Below are positions 1-8,336 of a stretch of 31,711 nt of DNA, in pieces (position 1 is the first letter of the stretch; the number at the start of each line of letters is the position of its first letter). A program made the position numbers and the translations under genes. The stretch covers positions 62,001-93,711 of the forward strand of contig JBEKTZ010000015.1 in NCBI GenBank assembly GCA_049515535.1, read 5' to 3'. This DNA comes from Candidatus Aminicenantales bacterium (GTDB taxonomy: Bacteria; Acidobacteriota; Aminicenantia; Aminicenantales; UBA4085). The notes beneath the pieces are model-generated. The model ran no database searches, had not been told where the DNA came from, and was given only the letters and a program-made list of their open reading frames with translations.

Positions 1-582
1 GATGAACGGGGTCATTTCTTCGAAGCATTCCTCGATGGCATCGAAGCCCGAGTTGGCCCCGAAAAGGGAGAACCAAGGCGTCCAGATGTGGGCCGGGATG
101 ATGACGCACTTCGGGCAGCTGTCGGCCGCCATCTTCACGAAATTCTTGGCGTCCATGCCCAGGATGGGACGGCCGTCCGAACGCAGGTTTCCGATCCCGG
201 CCAGCCGGCCGTTGAGCTTTTCGACGGATTCAAAATCGGGCGCCAGGATCAGGAGATGGATTTTCCGGACCTTTCCCTTTTTGGAATAGATGAAGCTGAT
301 CTCCGTGGAGAGGATGAAGGCCATGTCCCCGGGAGCGAAGGGCACGGATTTCAGATATTCGTCGTCCGGTTTCGGGGGGCTTTTCAAACGGAAAAAGCCG
401 TTGCCGGCCGGCTCGAGCTTCTCCTTGATCAGAAAGAGCCATTCGGGATGCGTGAAATCGGCCGTCGCCAGGACGGAGATGCCTTTGATTTTCGCCCACA
501 AAGCCATGGTCTCGAGGGTCATGTCCCGGGAGGTGGCGCGCGAGAACTTCGAGTGGAGGTGGAGGTCGGCGACGAACTTCAT
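1..582 (-). CDS. PHP-domain protein of the endonuclease Q (EndoQ)-like family, N-terminal part; runs off the window edge
   Basis: Translated by hand because it is not in the ORF track. ATG at 582 gives MKFVADLHLHSKFSRATSRDMTLETMALWAKIKGISVLATADFTHPEW...STEIS...RKIH...DGRPILG...IPAHIWTPWFSLFGANSGFD, open to position 1. The DLHxHSxxSRATS, DFTHP and PAHIWTPWFS motifs are typical of this family. Confidence 0.85.
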   Translation of the reverse strand, partial: MKFVADLHLHSKFSRATSRDMTLETMALWAKIKGISVLATADFTHPEWLFLIKEKLEPAGNGFFRLKSPPKPDDEYLKSVPFAPGDMAFILSTEISFIYSKKGKVRKIHLLILAPDFESVEKLNGRLAGIGNLRSDGRPILGMDAKNFVKMAADSCPKCVIIPAHIWTPWFSLFGANSGFDAIEECFEEMTPFI

Positions 583-594
583 GATCGAAGAATG

Positions 595-623
595 AGTTTA
601 GAGAAATCGGAAGACAATTGCAA
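595..623 (-). promoter_or_regulatory. Putative sigma70 promoter for the PHP/EndoQ-like gene
   Basis: Minus strand TTGCAA-N17-TAAACT, ending 12 nt before the ATG at 582. Confidence 0.45.
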
Positions 624-754
624 GGAACGAAAGGGCTTTTTTTTTGGCGCCGCCGATGATACAATAAAATTTCCCCGCCGCTGCGGACGACCGGAGAGCG
701 GAGGGTCGAGCGTTGACATGCCGTAGGCATGGAGTTTTTTCGAGGAGGCATGCG

Positions 755-1672
755 ATGAGAAAAGCCGTCTTGATTCTCGCGGGTATCATCATCATCGGCG
801 GATGCCTGGCCGCCCAGGATTGGAAGGGGAAAGGCAGATTGGGCGGCGTCGTCTTGGACCAGGACGGCAAGCCGATCCAGGGTGTCACCGTGAAACTGAC
901 CTGGTCGACCTCCGAGACCGGATTCGAAACCATGACGGACCAAGATGGGAAATGGACCGGCGCCTGGCTCCATGGGGGCGCATGGAATCTCAATTTCGAG
1001 AAAATCGGCTTTTCGACCGTCATGAAAACCGTGACCGTCACGGAGTGGACCCGGACGCCCGAGCTCAAATTGACGATGCAAAAGGCCCAGGGGGCGGCCC
1101 TCACCGGCGACTTGATAGCTTTCCTGGAAAAGGCCAACGAGCTCTTCGATCAGAAGAATTATCCCGGCGCCATCGACGCCTACACCGCGATTCTGGCGAA
1201 ATTCCCGGACGCCTACGTCATTTGGAAGAATATCGGCAACTGTTACTTCAACCAGGAGCTTTATGACAAGGCCGAAGAGGCTTATCAAAAGATTCTGGCC
1301 AAGAACCCTATCGACAGCGACGTCATGCTTCTCATCGGCAACTGTTATTTCAATCGCAACCAGACGGATAAGGCCCTGGAATGGTACGGGAAGATCCAAT
1401 TCGAAAAGATCACGGATGCGACCGTCCTCTACAACATCGGCCTGAATTTCTTCAAATCCTCGAAATACGAAGAGGCCTTGAAATATTTCCTAAAGTCGTT
1501 CGAGGTCCAGAAAGACTTTGAGGACGGACTTTATCAGGCGGGCGTGACCTATATCAGCCTGCAGAAGAACGCGGAGGCTGTCGCCGCGTTCGAAAAGTTC
1601 ATGAAGACGTTCCCGAATTCGGAGAAGGCGCCTCAGGTCCAGGGATTTCTGGATTACTTGAAAAAGAAATGA
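755..1672 (+). CDS. Exported TPR-repeat protein with an N-terminal carboxypeptidase-regulatory-like (prealbumin-fold) domain
   Basis: GAGGAGG RBS before ATG 755. Signal peptide MRKAVLILAGIIIIGGCLAA, then GRLGGVVLDQDGKPIQGVTVKL...TDQDGKW, then several TPRs (WKNIGNCYF, LLIGNCYF, LYNIGLNFF, LYQAGVTY). Confidence 0.85.
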   Translation: MRKAVLILAGIIIIGGCLAAQDWKGKGRLGGVVLDQDGKPIQGVTVKLTWSTSETGFETMTDQDGKWTGAWLHGGAWNLNFEKIGFSTVMKTVTVTEWTRTPELKLTMQKAQGAALTGDLIAFLEKANELFDQKNYPGAIDAYTAILAKFPDAYVIWKNIGNCYFNQELYDKAEEAYQKILAKNPIDSDVMLLIGNCYFNRNQTDKALEWYGKIQFEKITDATVLYNIGLNFFKSSKYEEALKYFLKSFEVQKDFEDGLYQAGVTYISLQKNAEAVAAFEKFMKTFPNSEKAPQVQGFLDYLKKK

Positions 1673-1737
1673 ACGACCGCGTCCTCGGCTTCAAGCGCCG
1701 GGGGGGCCGGCTCGCCGTTCTCCATCGCGAGGACATA

Positions 1738-2625
1738 ATGAATAAGACGTCATTTCTTTTCGTCGCCGCGGCCGTCGTTCTTCTCGCCGCCTGCGAGCCG
1801 CGGGTCAATCCGCAGCTCGATCCGGAAAGCCGCGATTTTTACGAGACGTCCCGCCTGGTCATGACCGACGCCGAGCGGGACATTTTCAACCATCTTCCGA
1901 ACATCGATTCCCGACGGGAATTCATCAAGGATTTCTGGGAGAAAAGGGATCCCGACCCAACGACCGAGGTCAATGAGTTCAAGGAAGAATTCGAGAATCG
2001 GATTGCCTACGTCAACCTGCGCTTCAAAGAAGGCCGGCACGGCATCGATACGGACCGGGGCCGGATCTACCTTTATCTCGGGCCCCCGGAAAAGACCGAG
2101 GAATATCTTTTCGTCGAGGGCAGCAACGGTCAGGTGCTCTGGTGGATCTATTACAAATATGATCTTCTCATCGAGTTCATCGACGCCAAGGGCTTCGGCA
2201 GCTACGCGATCAACGAGATCTCCGGCGACCTCCTGGGGGCCATCGAAATGGCCAAGCTCGGAGAAACGTTCTTCGGCGGAGGGCCGCTTCTCACGTTCCT
2301 CAATTTCGATCTGAAATACGATAAAGGGCGAGGGGAATTGACTCTGTCGATCCCGATCAAAAAGATGAATTTCAAAGAGGAAGAAGGAGCGCTGAAAGCG
2401 GATTTCGACTTTGAATTCTATATCTACAAGGACAGCAGCGCCCAGAAGGAGAAATTCGCCGAGTCCCGGCATTTTGAGGGAAAACAGGCCGATCGGGAAA
2501 AAACGAAGGTCATCACGTTCACGTTCCGCCGGGAGCTTCCCCCCGGCAAGAGCTATGTCGATGTCACCGTCAATGGGAAAGAAATGAACGGCAAGTCGCG
2601 AAAGATCTTCGATTTCAAGATCTGA
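1738..2625 (+). CDS. GWxTD-domain lipoprotein
   Basis: GAGGA RBS before ATG 1738. Lipobox LLAAC. FIKDFWEKRDPDPTTEVNEFKEEFENRIAYVN...GIDTDRGRIYLYLGPP matches the GWxTD domain pattern. Confidence 0.85.
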   Translation: MNKTSFLFVAAAVVLLAACEPRVNPQLDPESRDFYETSRLVMTDAERDIFNHLPNIDSRREFIKDFWEKRDPDPTTEVNEFKEEFENRIAYVNLRFKEGRHGIDTDRGRIYLYLGPPEKTEEYLFVEGSNGQVLWWIYYKYDLLIEFIDAKGFGSYAINEISGDLLGAIEMAKLGETFFGGGPLLTFLNFDLKYDKGRGELTLSIPIKKMNFKEEEGALKADFDFEFYIYKDSSAQKEKFAESRHFEGKQADREKTKVITFTFRRELPPGKSYVDVTVNGKEMNGKSRKIFDFKI

Positions 2626-2627
2626 AC

Positions 2628-2641
2628 GCGGGGATCCCCGC
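2628..2641. terminator. Perfect palindrome between convergent genes; possible bidirectional terminator
   Basis: GCGGGGATCCCCGC lies between the stop codons at 2625 (+) and 2648 (-). There is no clear U-tract. Confidence 0.35.
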
Positions 2642-2647
2642 CCTATT

Positions 2648-3727
2648 TCATTTCACCGTGAAATCGACGGATTTCGCGCCGGTCCGGCCCGAGATCTTGT
2701 CCGTGAGCTTGATCGTGAACGTGTAGCTCCCGGCAGACAGATCTTTCATCTCCTGGTTTTCTTTCCCGTCTTTGTCTTTGGTTATGAGAGTCTGCTTGAG
2801 CGGAACGGGCTGGCTGATGAACGGCGTCTCGTAATTCTGAACAGCGAATTTGATGACTTCCTTGTCGCCCTGTTTCACGCCGTACTGACATTCGATGGCG
2901 TACTTGTTCTGATCGTTGGGCTGGGCGCCGAGGATCAGGAAAAAGAGGTCCAGAGGATCGCCGGGGGAGATCACGTTCTCGATGTTCGGCGAGATCTGGA
3001 GGATGGAATATCTCAGGAAGTTTCTGTGGAGCGCGGCGACCTGTTCAGCGGCCGGCAATTCCTTATAATCTTTCAGGAAGTAGACGGGAGTCGTATCCAA
3101 CTCTTTCAGGGCCTTGATGTCCGGGAGCGAGAACTCGTAGTACTGCGTCCCGATCTTTTTCAGGTCGTGCGTCGTGACGGCCATAGCCACGAGATATTGG
3201 CCGGCGGGGAGGGGGTATCCGACGGTGTACCAATCTTCCTTGGCCGGATCGTACCCGGCGGCATCCTGTTCCTGGGTGGTAGGAACATAGACCTCTTTCA
3301 AGATCTGGGTCGGCTGGCCGTTTTCCATTTTATGGAACTGAAGGAAAACATCGAACGTGGCTTTGACCGTCGCCGGCGCGGCGGCGGAAGTCGCGGCCGC
3401 TGCGGCTTGGGGGGCTATGGCGGCGGCATATCCGAGGTCGGCGTTTTTCATCTTCAGGTAGAGAAAGATGTAGAAGGCGGATTGGGCCGGAAGAAAGGAG
3501 CTCCTGAAAATGGTGAAGGGAATATCCTCCCGGATCTGGCGAGTCGGAAGGTTCTTCAGCAGGATGTCTCTGACATCCTTGGGGATAAAGACCTTTGCGG
3601 CGGGCTGTTTGACGTCCTTTTTTTCCTGCTTTTCCTGGGCTTGGGGAGCGGCGAGGCTCGGCATGACAAGAAGACTGAAGGCGAATCCCGCGATAAGTAT
3701 CGGCGCTATAAGCTTTTTCGTTCTCAT
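2648..3727 (-). CDS. Hypothetical secreted protein with predicted beta-sandwich domains and an Ala-rich linker
   Basis: GAGGAGG RBS before ATG 3727. Signal peptide MRTKKLIAPILIAGFAFSLLVMPSLA. C-terminus LSAGSYTFTIKLTDKISGRTGAKSVDFTVK looks like an Ig-like strand pattern. Confidence 0.75.
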   Translation of the reverse strand: MRTKKLIAPILIAGFAFSLLVMPSLAAPQAQEKQEKKDVKQPAAKVFIPKDVRDILLKNLPTRQIREDIPFTIFRSSFLPAQSAFYIFLYLKMKNADLGYAAAIAPQAAAAATSAAAPATVKATFDVFLQFHKMENGQPTQILKEVYVPTTQEQDAAGYDPAKEDWYTVGYPLPAGQYLVAMAVTTHDLKKIGTQYYEFSLPDIKALKELDTTPVYFLKDYKELPAAEQVAALHRNFLRYSILQISPNIENVISPGDPLDLFFLILGAQPNDQNKYAIECQYGVKQGDKEVIKFAVQNYETPFISQPVPLKQTLITKDKDGKENQEMKDLSAGSYTFTIKLTDKISGRTGAKSVDFTVK

Positions 3728-3775
3728 GAATCCTCCTCTTTCAAAGCTTATTAAAAATCTCTCCTCCGACATAAA

Positions 3776-3791
3776 AGCAAGTTCCATGCCA
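3776..3791 (-). promoter_or_regulatory. Sigma54 (-24/-12) promoter
   Basis: Minus strand TGGCATGGAACTTGCT has GG-N10-GC spacing, is close to the TGGCACG-N4-TTGCW consensus, and lies about 50 nt upstream of ATG 3727. Confidence 0.75.
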
Positions 3792-3912
3792 TTTGAGGAT
3801 GAGGTAACCTACGTCGTTTCTTGCGATTAGGCCGAAATCGTTCGTAAACTATCTTTACGGCCATGGCTCACGGACGACGTATCGGCATCTCGCAAAAATT
3901 GAATGTTATATA

Positions 3913-3925
3913 TATCAAATATTTA
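3913..3925 (+). promoter_or_regulatory. IHF-like binding site in an AT-rich tract
   Basis: TATCAAATATTTA matches WATCAA-N4-TTR, with an AT-rich 5' flank. Confidence 0.4.
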
Positions 3926-4004
3926 GACGCTTGGCAAAAGGATTTCCTTCCCGCGGGAAAGAACGGCGGTCAAGCCCCGGGCCGGCTCCGCATCGCCGCC
4001 GATT

Positions 4005-5012
4005 TCATTTTTGATATTTCTTGACCGCAATCTGATGCTCCATGAACGTTCGGCTGAATTGGTGGCTGCCGTCGTTCTTGGACACGAAATAGAGAAAATC
4101 GGCTTCGGCCGGATAGACAGCCGCTTCGAGCGACTCACGGCCGGGGTTCGCGATCGGGCCCGGCGGAAGGCCCGGGTGAAGATAGGTGTTGTAGGGGGAG
4201 TCGAACTTGAGCTCTTTCGACCGCAGCCGGCCTTCGAACGGCCCTTTTTGTCTGAGAGCGTAAATGATCGTCGGGTCGCAGTCGAGCTTCATGCCGATCT
4301 TCATCCGGTTGTGGAAGACGGCGGAGACGAGTCTTTTTTCATCCGGAAGCGAGGTCTCTTTTTCGATGAGCGAGGCCAGGATGACGGCCTCCCGGACGGT
4401 CATCTTCATTTCCTCGGCGCGCCGGCGTCCCTTTTCGCCGAACACGTCTTTGAATTGGGCGATCATCTTCCGGAGGATCTCGCCCTCCGAGATCCCTTTC
4501 GGCAGAAGATAAGTCTCGGGGAAAAGATATCCTTCCAGGTCTCCGGCCTTGGGGTCCCAGAGGGCGATGTCGTCCGTCTCGCGAAAGGCCGCCGCGAACT
4601 TATCGCTTCGTCCAAAGCCCGCGGCGATGAAAATCCCCGAGATCTCCTTCCCGGTCAGGCCTTCGGCGATCGTCACCGGATGCAGGTAAATCTTGCCTTT
4701 GATCAGGATATCGAGGACATCCCGGGCCGAACCGGTTTTAGGGATCCGGTACTCGCCGGCCTTGATGCTTTGGGGCGCGAAGAACAACTTGTAGCGCAGG
4801 AGGAAAGGCGTTTTCTTGGGAAGGATCTTCCCGGCCGAAAGGACTTCGGCGATCGCCCGAACCCCTTTCCCTTTTTCGACCTCGAAGAGGACCGTCCCCG
4901 GCTCGGTCGTCCCAGCCGAGCGGGATTCCCAATAGAGCCAAACCCAGCCGGCGAGAATGAGGACCTGGGCGCAGAGGAGCGCCGCTTTAGCGATCTTGAT
5001 GAATGCGCGCAT
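4005..5012 (-). CDS. mltG: Endolytic transglycosylase MltG (YceG family)
   Basis: N-terminal transmembrane helix. Motifs LEGYLFPETY, ILASLIEKE, SAVFHNR, LDCDPT, SPYNTY...GLPPGPIANPG. Confidence 0.95.
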   Translation of the reverse strand: MRAFIKIAKAALLCAQVLILAGWVWLYWESRSAGTTEPGTVLFEVEKGKGVRAIAEVLSAGKILPKKTPFLLRYKLFFAPQSIKAGEYRIPKTGSARDVLDILIKGKIYLHPVTIAEGLTGKEISGIFIAAGFGRSDKFAAAFRETDDIALWDPKAGDLEGYLFPETYLLPKGISEGEILRKMIAQFKDVFGEKGRRRAEEMKMTVREAVILASLIEKETSLPDEKRLVSAVFHNRMKIGMKLDCDPTIIYALRQKGPFEGRLRSKELKFDSPYNTYLHPGLPPGPIANPGRESLEAAVYPAEADFLYFVSKNDGSHQFSRTFMEHQIAVKKYQK

Positions 5013-5427
5013 CGCTTCGCCTGCTGTCCAGATAGCTTTGGAGAATGATCGCCGCCGAAATCTGGTTGATGACCGACTTCTTGGTTTTCAGCCGGACCTT
5101 TTGCTCGTGGGCCACGTTGATCGCCTGGTGGGTCGTAAGCCTCTCGTCCCAGAAAATGATGGGCACTCGGACCGCCGCCTCCAGCCACTTGGCGAAAGCG
5201 CGCGTCTTTTCAACCCTCGATCCGGGCGTCCCGTCCATGCGCAGGGGAAAACCGACGACGATCTCGTCGATCTGCCGTGTCCGGACAAGCTCCAGGAAAA
5301 AATCGCGATCCTCGGTTTTCTTGCTCTTGGGTTGGTAGGTACTGAGCGGTTGGGCCGTGAGCTTGAGGAAATCGCTCAGGGCGAGGCCGATATTCCGGTC
5401 GCCGAAATCGATGCCGAGGATTCTCAT
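4987..5427 (-). CDS. ruvX: Holliday junction resolvase-like protein RuvX/YqgF (pre-16S rRNA nuclease)
   Basis: MRILGIDFGDRNIGLALSD, VVGFPLRMDG, WDERLTT, AAIILQSYLD. Adjacent to mltG, a common gene order. Confidence 0.93.
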   Translation of the reverse strand: MRILGIDFGDRNIGLALSDFLKLTAQPLSTYQPKSKKTEDRDFFLELVRTRQIDEIVVGFPLRMDGTPGSRVEKTRAFAKWLEAAVRVPIIFWDERLTTHQAINVAHEQKVRLKTKKSVINQISAAIILQSYLDSRRSDARIHQDR

Positions 5428-5446
5428 GGGATTCCGATTCGGGAAC

Positions 5447-6511
5447 TCACGGGGTCTTCGCCACGCACCGCTTTTTCGCGTCGTGCTGTTCGAATCCGAG
5501 TTCGATGAGCTTCTCGACGAGCCGAGGGAAGGGGAGGCCGCTCACGTCCCAGAGTTTGGGATACATGCTGATCTCGGTGAAACCGGGGATGGTGTTGACC
5601 TCATTGACGTAGAGTCTTCGGGTCCGGCGCTCGAGAAAGAAATCCACGCGGGCCATGCCCGCGCCTTCCGCGGCTTTGAAGGCCGCGACCGCCAATCGCC
5701 GGATTTCCCGGGTGAGAGGCGCGGGGAGGACGGCGGGGATGTCGAAGCGCGTTCGGCCGTCGACGTATTTGTCGTCGTAATCGTAGAATTCCCGGAAGGG
5801 CATGACCTCTCCGGGAAGAGACGCCTCGGGCTCGTCGTTCCCGATGACGCTGCATTCGAGCTCGCGTCCCACGATCCCTTCTTCAACGAGGACTTTCCGG
5901 TCGTAGCGGAAGGCCAGATCGAAGGCGCCGCGGGTTTGGGCGGCGTCCTTGACCTTGGTGATCCCCACGCTCGAGCCCAGATTGGCCGGTTTGACGAAGA
6001 AAGGCGGGCGGAATCCTCGCCGAACCGCACCCAGGATCTCGGCGGGGTCTTTATTCCAATCGATCTCGAGAACGACGATGTGCTTGACGATCGGCAGATT
6101 TCGCGACTGGAAAAGGGTCTTCATCACGGCTTTATCCATTCCCGCCGCGGAGCCGAGCACGCCCGCTCCGACGTACGGAACGTCGGCCATTTCCAAGAGC
6201 CCCTGGATCGTCCCGTCCTCTCCGGAGGGGCCGTGGAGGACGGGGAAGTAAATGTCCGCGCTGAACGGTAGGGCCCGGCTCCGGCGATCCCAGGGGAGAA
6301 ATCCGGAAAAAGGCCCGCGGGCCAATTCCCGCGGCGGGACGAGGGGAGAAACGACCTTTTTCCAGCGTCCCCGCTTGTTGATGAAGATCGACAGGACGCG
6401 GAATTTGTCGCGGTTCAGGTTGTTGAAAACGGCGCCGGCCGATCGGATCGAAACTTCGTGCTCGGCCGAACGGCCGCCGAAGAGCAGGGCGACGGTCGTT
6501 TTCTTGGTCAT
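5447..6511 (-). CDS. ddl: D-alanine--D-alanine ligase
   Basis: LFGGRSAEHEVS, FPVLHGPSGEDGTIQG, FVKPANLGSSVG, FYDYDDKY, NEVNTIPGFT..SMYP. Confidence 0.96.
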   Translation of the reverse strand: MTKKTTVALLFGGRSAEHEVSIRSAGAVFNNLNRDKFRVLSIFINKRGRWKKVVSPLVPPRELARGPFSGFLPWDRRSRALPFSADIYFPVLHGPSGEDGTIQGLLEMADVPYVGAGVLGSAAGMDKAVMKTLFQSRNLPIVKHIVVLEIDWNKDPAEILGAVRRGFRPPFFVKPANLGSSVGITKVKDAAQTRGAFDLAFRYDRKVLVEEGIVGRELECSVIGNDEPEASLPGEVMPFREFYDYDDKYVDGRTRFDIPAVLPAPLTREIRRLAVAAFKAAEGAGMARVDFFLERRTRRLYVNEVNTIPGFTEISMYPKLWDVSGLPFPRLVEKLIELGFEQHDAKKRCVAKTP

Positions 6512-6533
6512 TGGTGAATATGGGCGAAGGGAT

Positions 6534-6562
6534 ATTTTAAAGAAGTCGGCAGGCTTTGTCCA
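6534..6562 (-). promoter_or_regulatory. Putative sigma70 promoter for ddl-ruvX-mltG
   Basis: Minus strand TGGACA-N17-TAAAAT. Confidence 0.5.
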
Positions 6563-6598
6563 CAGCGGCGATGCCCGGGGATAAGCGGAGGCGGCGGG

Positions 6599-6868
6599 CT
6601 AGAGGGAATTCTTGAACTGGCGGCTGGGGTTGAACTTGATCCTTTTCTTGCTGGGGATGGCGATCGTCTCTCCCGTTTTCGGGTTCCGGCCTTTTCGCGC
6701 TTCCCGGGTTTTGACCTCAAAGCTCCCGAAGCCGGAAAAGTTCACTTTGCATCCTCGTTTGAGGTCCTCTCTGATCAAATCGAGAAGCGCGGCGAACGCC
6801 TTTTGGGACTGCTGGAGCGTGATGCCGGCGTCTTTGGCCATGCGCGCGGTGATATCTTTTTTTCCCAT
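6599..6868 (-). CDS. hup: HU family DNA-binding protein
   Basis: GGAGG RBS before ATG 6868. 89 aa with GFGSFEVKTREARKGRNPKTGETIAIP. Confidence 0.93.
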   Translation of the reverse strand: MGKKDITARMAKDAGITLQQSQKAFAALLDLIREDLKRGCKVNFSGFGSFEVKTREARKGRNPKTGETIAIPSKKRIKFNPSRQFKNSL

Positions 6869-6917
6869 GCTTGACCTCCTCTCCTTTTTGCCGATTTGCC
6901 GAACGGATGATAAAATT

Positions 6918-6946
6918 ATAATAAAAAGATGGACCTTGAAAGTCAA
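6918..6946 (-). promoter_or_regulatory. Putative sigma70 promoter for HU
   Basis: Minus strand TTGACT-N17-TATTAT. Confidence 0.55.
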
Positions 6947-6951
6947 GCGGA

Positions 6952-7017
6952 TCAAGGGACGAGCCTTCGCGGCGGAAATGGGCCCCCGGGCAAAGCCCGG
7001 GGCCCCAGCCGCCGTCG
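6952..7017 (+). repeat. 66-bp palindromic element, copy A (intergenic)
   Basis: TCAAGGGACGAGCCTTCGCGGCGGAAATGGGCCCCCGGGCAAAGCCCGGGGCCCCAGCCGCCGTCG is 61/66 identical to the reverse complement of 30122-30187. Confidence 0.9.
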
Positions 7018-7070
7018 CGGCCCGACCACCGAACATTTTTAATCTGCGCGTCGGGTTCCGGGTGACAAGG

Positions 7071-7220
7071 AGAACGGGTGACGCCGATCAGGGCGCCCCA
7101 TTTTATTAATAGGGTTTAGCCGCAAAATTGCGTTCACGAGATGCTCCAGGGAAGGGTGGCAGGGAGCGAAGCTCCCGTTGGAGGGAAACCCCAAAAAGGG
7201 TTTTCCTCCAAGAGTGACCG
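7071..7220 (+). repeat. ~150-bp multi-hairpin dispersed repeat, copy 1
   Basis: Core 7108-7220 matches 11883-11995 with 7 mismatches in 113 bp. Weaker similarity extends left to a shared AGAACGGGTGACGC. Confidence 0.92.
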
Positions 7221-7297
7221 ACCGTCGTACGGTTGCTATCGCGAAAATGAATCGATATAATAAAAAAGATGGGTTTATCAAGCATCTGAGGTCAATC

Positions 7298-8074
7298 ATG
7301 AATAAAACAGTCCGGCTCTTTTTGCTTTTCGCCGCGGGCTTGCCCTGGTCCATGGGGCAAGGGAACGTCCAAGTCCCGCTGGAAAGAGATAAAACTCTTC
7401 AAAATGCTTACGCTCTCATTTCCGAATCGGACCTGTCGTGCTCTTTTTTCATTCTGGAAGATTCGCTGCGCCTCCGAATCATCGCCGGCGAAAGAGGCGG
7501 AGAAAAAACCCTCCTGGCGGACGGAGATCTTTTTTATTTCAAAGCCGATGCCGAATCCGGCCTTCAGGAGGGACAACTCATGGCGATCCTGGAATTGGGC
7601 TCCAGGGTCCCCGGGCTGAGGAAAAACTCGGGTCCCCTGGCCTTCAGACGAGGCCGGGCGCGGATCCTTCGCCTCGAAAATAACATATTTTCGGCCCGCG
7701 TGGAAAAAGCCTGCGCTCCTGTCCTGATCGGAGATTATCTGGTGCCCTTCGAGGGAAAAGAAGGACTTCTCGGAAAAGACCTGGGTTTTGATGTTCCCGT
7801 CCGCGGCGGAGATGCCCTCGCGGGGCGGATCGTCTATCTGGACGGTGATTTATTCCAGATTGGGCCCGGGCAGCGGGCCCTCATCGACCTCGGAAAGGAA
7901 AACGGCCTCGAAGTCGGCCGGCAGCTTACGGTCTTTCATCAGGCCGCCAAAGGCGCTCCTTTGGAAGCTGTGGGCAATGTAATCGTCATCGATGCCGGCC
8001 GCCGGTCGGCCACGGTCAAGGCTCTCTCGGCAAAAGACGCCCTGAGGCTGGACGATATTGTCCAGGTCAAATGA
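7298..8074 (+). CDS. Hypothetical exported protein; C-terminus resembles the FlgT-C / LysM-associated beta domain
   Basis: GAGG before ATG 7298 and a signal-like N-terminus. RALIDLGKENGLEVGRQLTVF...VGNVIVIDAGRRSATVK pattern. Confidence 0.6.
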   Translation: MNKTVRLFLLFAAGLPWSMGQGNVQVPLERDKTLQNAYALISESDLSCSFFILEDSLRLRIIAGERGGEKTLLADGDLFYFKADAESGLQEGQLMAILELGSRVPGLRKNSGPLAFRRGRARILRLENNIFSARVEKACAPVLIGDYLVPFEGKEGLLGKDLGFDVPVRGGDALAGRIVYLDGDLFQIGPGQRALIDLGKENGLEVGRQLTVFHQAAKGAPLEAVGNVIVIDAGRRSATVKALSAKDALRLDDIVQVK

Positions 8075-8102
8075 AAAAAGCTTCCCTTTTCCCCCTTTGG
8101 AG

Positions 8103-8131
8103 TTGACAGGAAGACGCCTTTTTGCTAGTTT
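8103..8131 (+). promoter_or_regulatory. Sigma70 promoter of the tRNA pair
   Basis: TTGACA-N17-TAGTTT with an extended TGn, 13 nt before tRNA-Gly. Confidence 0.65.
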
Positions 8132-8144
8132 AGGCCATGTTTCT

Positions 8145-8219
8145 GCGGGCGTAGTTCAGTGGTAGAACGTCTGCTTGCCATGCAGAAGGTCGTGGGTTCA
8201 AGTCCCATCGCCCGCTCCA
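8145..8219 (+). tRNA. tRNA-Gly(GCC)
   Basis: Acceptor stem GCGGGCG/CGCCCGC, anticodon arm TCTGC-TTGCCAT-GCAGA, T-loop GGTTCAAGTCC, encoded CCA. Confidence 0.97.
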
Positions 8220-8259
8220 TTTTCATTGCCTGATCCAGCGGAAGTTTAATGATACGAAC

Positions 8260-8332
8260 GGCGCGGTACCCAAGCGGCTAAGGGAGAGGTCTGCAAAACC
8301 TCGATTCGTCGGTTCGAGTCCGACCCGCGCCT
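8260..8332 (+). tRNA. tRNA-Cys(GCA), CCA not encoded
   Basis: Acceptor stem GGCGCGG/CCGCGCC with U discriminator, anticodon arm GAGGT-CTGCAAA-ACCTC, T-loop GGTTCGAGTCC. Followed by CTCA rather than CCA. Confidence 0.95.
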
Positions 8333-8336
8333 CTCA

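Noticed and set aside
6869..7036. 56-aa N-terminal extension of HU in the ORF track
   Set aside because: It reads through the promoter and the 66-bp element, which explains the TAAGAPGFARG similarity to the GT2 insert. The RBS and family length support a start at 6868.
7108..7220. The repeat as a PyrR attenuator or a known riboswitch
   Set aside because: One copy is far from any pyr gene, the copy near pyrK lies upstream of its predicted promoter, and I recognised no PyrR loop or riboswitch consensus. An Rfam search is still needed.
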